A stretch of 22,730 bases of DNA, taken from IMG/VR virus record IMGVR_UViG_2675903433_000018, positions 1-22,730 of that record; one strand, written 5' to 3'. Below the pieces are notes generated by a model. The model was given only the letters and a program-made list of their open reading frames with translations. It had not been told where the DNA came from and made no database searches. Shown piece after piece: positions 16,206-22,730 of this stretch (position 1 is the first letter of the stretch; every line of letters starts with the position of its first letter). The position numbers were made by a program, and so were the translations under genes. This DNA is from a virus (lineage: Duplodnaviria > Heunggongvirae > Uroviricota > Caudoviricetes).

Positions 16206-17233
16206 CTAATTCGTTAACCGTTCACCAAAATTTGCCTGCATTGCCGGTCGATGCAACGAGTGATGAGGTTCGCAAGAACCTGATGGACATGTTCAGGGAT
16301 CGCCAGGCGTTTTCTGATCATACCTGGAAAATGCTTCTGTCCGTTTGCCGGTCGTGGGCGGCATGGTGCAAGTTGAATAACCGGAAATGGTTTCCCGCAG
16401 AACCTGAAGATGTTCGCGATTACCTTCTATATCTTCAGGCGCGTGGTCTGGCAGTAAAAACTATCCAGCAACATTTGGGCCAGCTAAACATGCTTCATCG
16501 TCGGTCCGGGCTGCCACGACCAAGTGACAGCAATGCTGTTTCACTGGTCATGCGACGGATCCGAAAAGAAAACGTTGATGCCGGTGAGCGTGCAAAACAG
16601 GCGCTGGCGTTCGAACGCACTGATTTCGACCAGGTTCGTTCACTCATGGAAAATAGCGATCGCTGCCAGGATATACGTAATCTGGCATTTCTGGGGATTG
16701 CTTATAACACCCTGTTACGTATAGCCGAAATTTCTAGGATCAGGGTTAAAGATATCTCACGTACTGACGGTGGGAGAATGTTAATCCATATTGGCAGAAC
16801 GAAAACGCTGGTTAGCACCGCTGGTGTAGAGAAGGCACTTAGCCTGGGGGTAACTAAACTGGTTGAGCGATGGATTTCTGTCTCTGGTGTAGCTGATGAT
16901 CCGAATAACTACCTGTTTTGCCGCGTCAGAAAAAATGGTGTTGCCGCGCCATCATCCACCAGCCAGCTATCAACTCGCGCCCTGGAAGGGATTTTTGAAG
17001 CAACTCACCGATTGATTTACGGGGCAAAAGATGACTCTGGTCAGCGATACCTGGCCTGGTCTGGACATAGTGCCCGTGTCGGTGCCGCGCGAGATATGGC
17101 CCGCGCCGGAGTTTCAATACCGGAGATCATGCAAGCTGGTGGCTGGACCAACGTAAATATTGTCATGAACTACATTCGTAACCTGGATAGTGAAACGGGG
17201 GCAATGGTGCGCCTGCTGGAAGATGGCGATTAG
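16202..17233 (+). CDS. cre: Cre tyrosine recombinase
   Basis: 343-aa product nearly identical to canonical Cre (MTNSLTVHQNLPALPVDATSDEVRKNLMDMFRDRQAF…LLEDGD); a few substitutions relative to my remembered reference (S2T, L4S, E to D in …AFS[E/D]HTWK…, A to S in …IAEI[A/S]RIR…, A to S in …APS[A/S]TSQL…). Confidence 0.97.
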   Translation: MTNSLTVHQNLPALPVDATSDEVRKNLMDMFRDRQAFSDHTWKMLLSVCRSWAAWCKLNNRKWFPAEPEDVRDYLLYLQARGLAVKTIQQHLGQLNMLHRRSGLPRPSDSNAVSLVMRRIRKENVDAGERAKQALAFERTDFDQVRSLMENSDRCQDIRNLAFLGIAYNTLLRIAEISRIRVKDISRTDGGRMLIHIGRTKTLVSTAGVEKALSLGVTKLVERWISVSGVADDPNNYLFCRVRKNGVAAPSSTSQLSTRALEGIFEATHRLIYGAKDDSGQRYLAWSGHSARVGAARDMARAGVSIPEIMQAGGWTNVNIVMNYIRNLDSETGAMVRLLEDGD

Positions 17234-17249
17234 CCGTTCATTTTTACTT

Positions 17250-17266
17250 GATTGCTCTAATTATTT
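17250..17266 (+). promoter_or_regulatory. C1-operator-like site downstream of cre / upstream of the next gene
   Basis: ATTGCTCTAATTATTTG, about 14/17 to consensus. Confidence 0.4.
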
Positions 17267-17283
17267 GATATTTATGGTGACAC

Positions 17284-17595
17284 ATGCGGAAGGATTTCAA
17301 AATAGACGGAAAATATGTGGTGCTGTCTGTAAGCTCTCAAATTCAGTCACCATCTGTCATTGTCACCGTAAAATTGAGCGATAGGATGCCTGATATCGAC
17401 TCGATATCTGTTGCGTTCCCCGTTAAAAGCATGCGGAGTGCTGAACATTTTGTGATGAATGCAACGGAGGAGGAAGCGCGGCGAGGGCTTACTAGAGTGA
17501 TGGCGGAATTTGGCGAACTCCTGGGTAAGGTAAACAATGCCCTTTCAATCAGTTCAGCAAGATCCAAAGCGTTAACAGCTTCCATGATGAAATAA
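17284..17595 (+). CDS. Hypothetical protein; positional candidate for P1 c8
   Basis: 103-aa ORF between cre and ref; weak RBS; assignment by position only. Confidence 0.45.
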   Translation: MRKDFKIDGKYVVLSVSSQIQSPSVIVTVKLSDRMPDIDSISVAFPVKSMRSAEHFVMNATEEEARRGLTRVMAEFGELLGKVNNALSISSARSKALTASMMK

Positions 17596-17599
17596 AAAA

Positions 17600-17618
17600 G
17601 CCTGGCAAGGAGCCAGGC
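17600..17618. terminator. Hairpin with adjacent A/T run (terminator-like; orientation ambiguous)
   Basis: GCCTGGC-aagga-GCCAGGC; the T-run is on the minus-strand side (AATAAAAAA on plus). Confidence 0.35.
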
Positions 17619-17735
17619 TGCACAAAAGAGCGGGTTTGTATTCCGCATCCAATCAATCAAGAAAGAGTATAGCACACAGGTACTGAAGTGAAAAAATGTG
17701 ATTCTCGATTAACAAAATATCTACCATTGCTCTAA

Positions 17736-17759
17736 TTGATTGCTATAATTGAGCCGCAG
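17736..17759 (+). promoter_or_regulatory. C1-operator-like site overlapping a TATAAT -10 upstream of ref
   Basis: ATTGCTCTAATTGATTG followed by TATAAT at 17754-17759; ref is known to be C1-controlled in P1. Confidence 0.45.
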
Positions 17760-17809
17760 TTTTTGTCAACTACGAAGACGTTGCCATTACTTAACTCCTT
17801 GACATCATT

Positions 17810-17835
17810 GGCGGCCATTAGGCCGCCTTTTTTTT
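17810..17835 (+). terminator. Intrinsic-terminator-like hairpin in the ref leader, immediately 5-prime of the ref start codon
   Basis: GGCGGCC-atta-GGCCGCC followed by TTTTTTTT, ending 6 nt before ATG 17841. Confidence 0.5.
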
Positions 17836-17840
17836 GCCAT

Positions 17841-18401
17841 ATGAAAACAATCGAACAAAAACTTGAACAGCGCCGCGAGTGGCAGAAGGCAGCCAGAGAA
17901 CGAGCGATCGCTCGGCAACGGGAAAAGTTGGCTGACCCCGCCTGGAGAGAATCGCAATATCAGAAAATGCGGGATTCTATCGACCGCCGTATCGCTAAAC
18001 AGAAAGAGCGCCCACCAGCCAGCAAAACGCGGAAAAGCGCGGTAAAAATAAAATCTCGTGGCTTGAAGGGGAGAACACCAACGGCGGAGGAACGGCGCAT
18101 CGCCAATGCTCTTGGCGCTCTCCCCTGCATTGCCTGCTATATGCATGGAGTAATATCTAATGAGGTGTCTCTGCACCATATCGCCGGTCGTACCGCGCCG
18201 GGTTGTCATAAAAAGCAATTGCCACTTTGTAGATGGCACCACCAGCATGCAGCTCCGGCTGAAGTAAGAGAAAAATACCCATGGCTGGTCCCTGTTCATG
18301 CCGATGGTGTGGTTGGAGGCAAGAAAGAATTCACCTTGCTGAACAAGTCAGAGATGGAGTTACTGGCTGATGCCTATGAGATGGCAAACATCATGCACTA
18401 A
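17841..18401 (+). CDS. ref: Ref, recombination enhancement function (HNH-type nuclease)
   Basis: 186-aa product MKTIEQKLEQRREWQKAARERAIARQREKL… matches P1 Ref from memory; the ORF track extends upstream to 17736 but ATG 17841 gives the expected length. Confidence 0.85.
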   Translation: MKTIEQKLEQRREWQKAARERAIARQREKLADPAWRESQYQKMRDSIDRRIAKQKERPPASKTRKSAVKIKSRGLKGRTPTAEERRIANALGALPCIACYMHGVISNEVSLHHIAGRTAPGCHKKQLPLCRWHHQHAAPAEVREKYPWLVPVHADGVVGGKKEFTLLNKSEMELLADAYEMANIMH

Positions 18402-18437
18402 TAAATATATTATTTTTAATGATAAATGATTGACAAC

Positions 18438-18460
18438 TGACAAGTGACTTCAGTCAGAAT
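18438..18460 (+). promoter_or_regulatory. Putative Lpa-dependent late promoter element (shared AAGTGACT motif)
   Basis: ACAAGTGACTTCAGTCAGAAT upstream of the 18590 gene; the same core GTGACT recurs upstream of pacA (9357) and of the putative portal gene (19773). Confidence 0.35.
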
Positions 18461-18552
18461 CATCACACGCCCGGTACGGATGGATCCCTTTTCAAATATT
18501 CCATGGACGGCACAGTCTGAGTACCGGGCGCTACCTTCAGTTGTATTGCTAA

Positions 18553-18578
18553 GCCGCCGCTGGTGGCTTTTCTTTTTT
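18553..18578 (+). terminator. Terminator-like hairpin in the leader of the downstream gene
   Basis: GCCGCC-gct-GGTGGC (one G-U pair) followed by TTTTCTTTTTT, ending 12 nt before ATG 18590. Confidence 0.4.
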
Positions 18579-18589
18579 GTAGGGGCGCT

Positions 18590-19231
18590 ATGGATAAGAA
18601 AATATGCGTTGTTTCAATGAGCGTCGGCAAACCGGCGTCAATGACTGCTGCATGGATCAACAATGAGCTGATCATGGCTGAGCGGACCAGCTACCCTGAA
18701 CGCCGCCGCGATATGGAACTCCAGCTGCTGCGCGAATTGCGAGAAAAAGAGGAAAAGGGTTTTATCGTGCTGGTGGAAGAGGAAAACAGCTTTATTACCG
18801 GTCGAGTTGGCCAGCGTGTAAGGTTGCGCGATCCCTTCATGAACGGCAGGCCGGTACTAATTGAAGCAATGCAGATTTACAAGGAGCTGGAACGCCAGAA
18901 AGCGATCAAGTTACCGCGCAAGGAATCCGGCAAATACATCCTCCACCAAAGCATCTTCGATTCCGAACACGATAAAAAAGGCGATGAATTTTTCAACATC
19001 AACTGGAGCGAAATAACAACAGAGCATGTTCTGACATTGTTATGCTGTTTCGCAACGGAATACAACAATGTTGCCAGCGCCGACTACATCAGGGCAATGG
19101 CTGGAGAAGTTGAGGCCCGCCAGGAACCATCGTTACTAAGACCTCTGATTAACATAATTCACGGAACCCAAACACTGGCGCAAAAACAAGTACCACAAGG
19201 GGAATTGACGGGTAAAGGTAATTATCTCTGA
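18590..19231 (+). CDS. Hypothetical protein; positional candidate for P1 mat (particle maturation)
   Basis: ATG at 18590 with AGGGG RBS (ORF track begins at GTG 18563); follows ref as mat does in P1; no recognisable catalytic motif. Confidence 0.5.
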   Translation: MDKKICVVSMSVGKPASMTAAWINNELIMAERTSYPERRRDMELQLLRELREKEEKGFIVLVEEENSFITGRVGQRVRLRDPFMNGRPVLIEAMQIYKELERQKAIKLPRKESGKYILHQSIFDSEHDKKGDEFFNINWSEITTEHVLTLLCCFATEYNNVASADYIRAMAGEVEARQEPSLLRPLINIIHGTQTLAQKQVPQGELTGKGNYL

Positions 19232-19270
19232 AAGATGCCCGGCGATAGACCGGGCAAAAGGGCGGAAAGT

Positions 19271-19519
19271 TTAATCTGCATTCAGGAGCAATGCGTTATC
19301 TATGATGATCTGCTCCCATTCTTCGAATGCCCGATCGCGGACCCCCTGGGGAACACTGTTTGTTTTGAAATCAACGACTGTCCGCCATTTCCCGTCCGGA
19401 CGGTACATGCGCAGAGCTTTACTGCCCCCTTCCCTTCGCACCTCAACGTTATGCTTGTCAGCAAACTCTTGTAATGCTCGTAGCGTCCCATGCTTTACTG
19501 TGTAGTATCGCTTTTTCAA
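19271..19519 (-). CDS. Small 82-aa basic protein of unknown function on the opposite strand (start TTG)
   Basis: Minus-strand ORF MKKRYYTVKHGTLRALQEFADKHNVEVRREGG…, GGAGAG RBS; lies in the short interval between the mat-like and portal-like genes. Confidence 0.4.
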   Translation of the reverse strand: MKKRYYTVKHGTLRALQEFADKHNVEVRREGGSKALRMYRPDGKWRTVVDFKTNSVPQGVRDRAFEEWEQIIIDNALLLNAD

Positions 19520-19764
19520 GTTTTCTCTCCAGCCTGTGCCAAGGCTTTGACGTCGAAATTATGTCCTATTCGGTTTTATTGTATCAGATAGTGTGGACAT
19601 ATTATTTCACGTCCGGCGTAGTCGGTCATAGCTTTTGCCTTCCACCTTTTCCACGCCGTATCTAATCGGCGCCCGATGAAATGTTATTGCACTAATATAT
19701 TTCAATATTTCGCTGACACTTGAACAGCGAAACACCCCCATAGATAGCTTGTTCATTGGTAATC

Positions 19765-19790
19765 CTTAACAAGTGACTAGTGTTAAATTC
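19765..19790 (+). promoter_or_regulatory. Putative Lpa-dependent late promoter element upstream of the portal-like gene
   Basis: AACAAGTGACTAGTGTTAAAT, same AAGTGACT core as at 18443, followed by a TAAAT -10-like element. Confidence 0.35.
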
Positions 19791-19822
19791 CGTTCAAACA
19801 CGATGCGAATTATTCTAATTAA

Positions 19823-22553
<2,731 letters not shown>

Positions 22554-22598
22554 CCACCAAAAATAACCCCGGCGGCTGCCGGGGTATCTGAAATCACT

Positions 22599-22621
22599 GG
22601 CGGCCGAAAGGCCGCCTTTTT
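22599..22621 (+). terminator. Rho-independent terminator after the protease/scaffold-like gene
   Basis: GGCGGCC-gaaa-GGCCGCC followed by TTTTT; preceded by a second hairpin CCCCGGC-ggct-GCCGGGG (22567-22584). Confidence 0.7.
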
Positions 22622-22730
22622 AATTTAATCACTCAGCCGCTACTGGTTTTAACAAACCAGCATCAAGTAGCTTGCGAGTTAACCACTGCTGGCCTTTACC
22701 CGTTAATTGGGGCGTCAGCCGTATCTGGTA

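Noticed and set aside
16524-17675. ORFs overlapping cre and the c8-like gene (16524-16724, 16926-17117, 17190-17384, 17343-17675)
   Set aside because: cre is unambiguous; these are alternate-frame or antisense artefacts.
17805-18299. 164-aa minus-strand ORF antisense to ref
   Set aside because: Antisense to a confidently identified gene; low-complexity composition.

Overview
This window reads as a segment of a P1-like temperate phage / phage-plasmid. Directly recognisable from sequence: a perfect 34-bp loxP site (15346-15379) followed by cre (16202-17233, a near-canonical Cre with a few substitutions), the phd/doc addiction pair, humD with a LexA box shared with a divergent gene, lpa, pacA/pacB with the pac hexamer array (4 + 3 TGATCA/G) inside pacA, c1 and coi on the minus strand, ref, and several C1-operator-like 17-mers. 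The left 5.6 kb is a densely packed, translationally coupled plus-strand operon of small genes (Ead/Ea22-like, DUF551, Toprim-like, a tandem paralog pair). The most unusual feature is an immI-like cassette (putative small RNA, 73-aa ORF, antirepressor with an in-frame internal start) sitting between pacB and c1, where I do not recall canonical P1 having one. The interval between the ref-downstream gene and the putative portal gene is only about 600 bp, with no res/mod/darB-type genes. All homology calls are from memory of protein families and P1 biology; no database search was possible.
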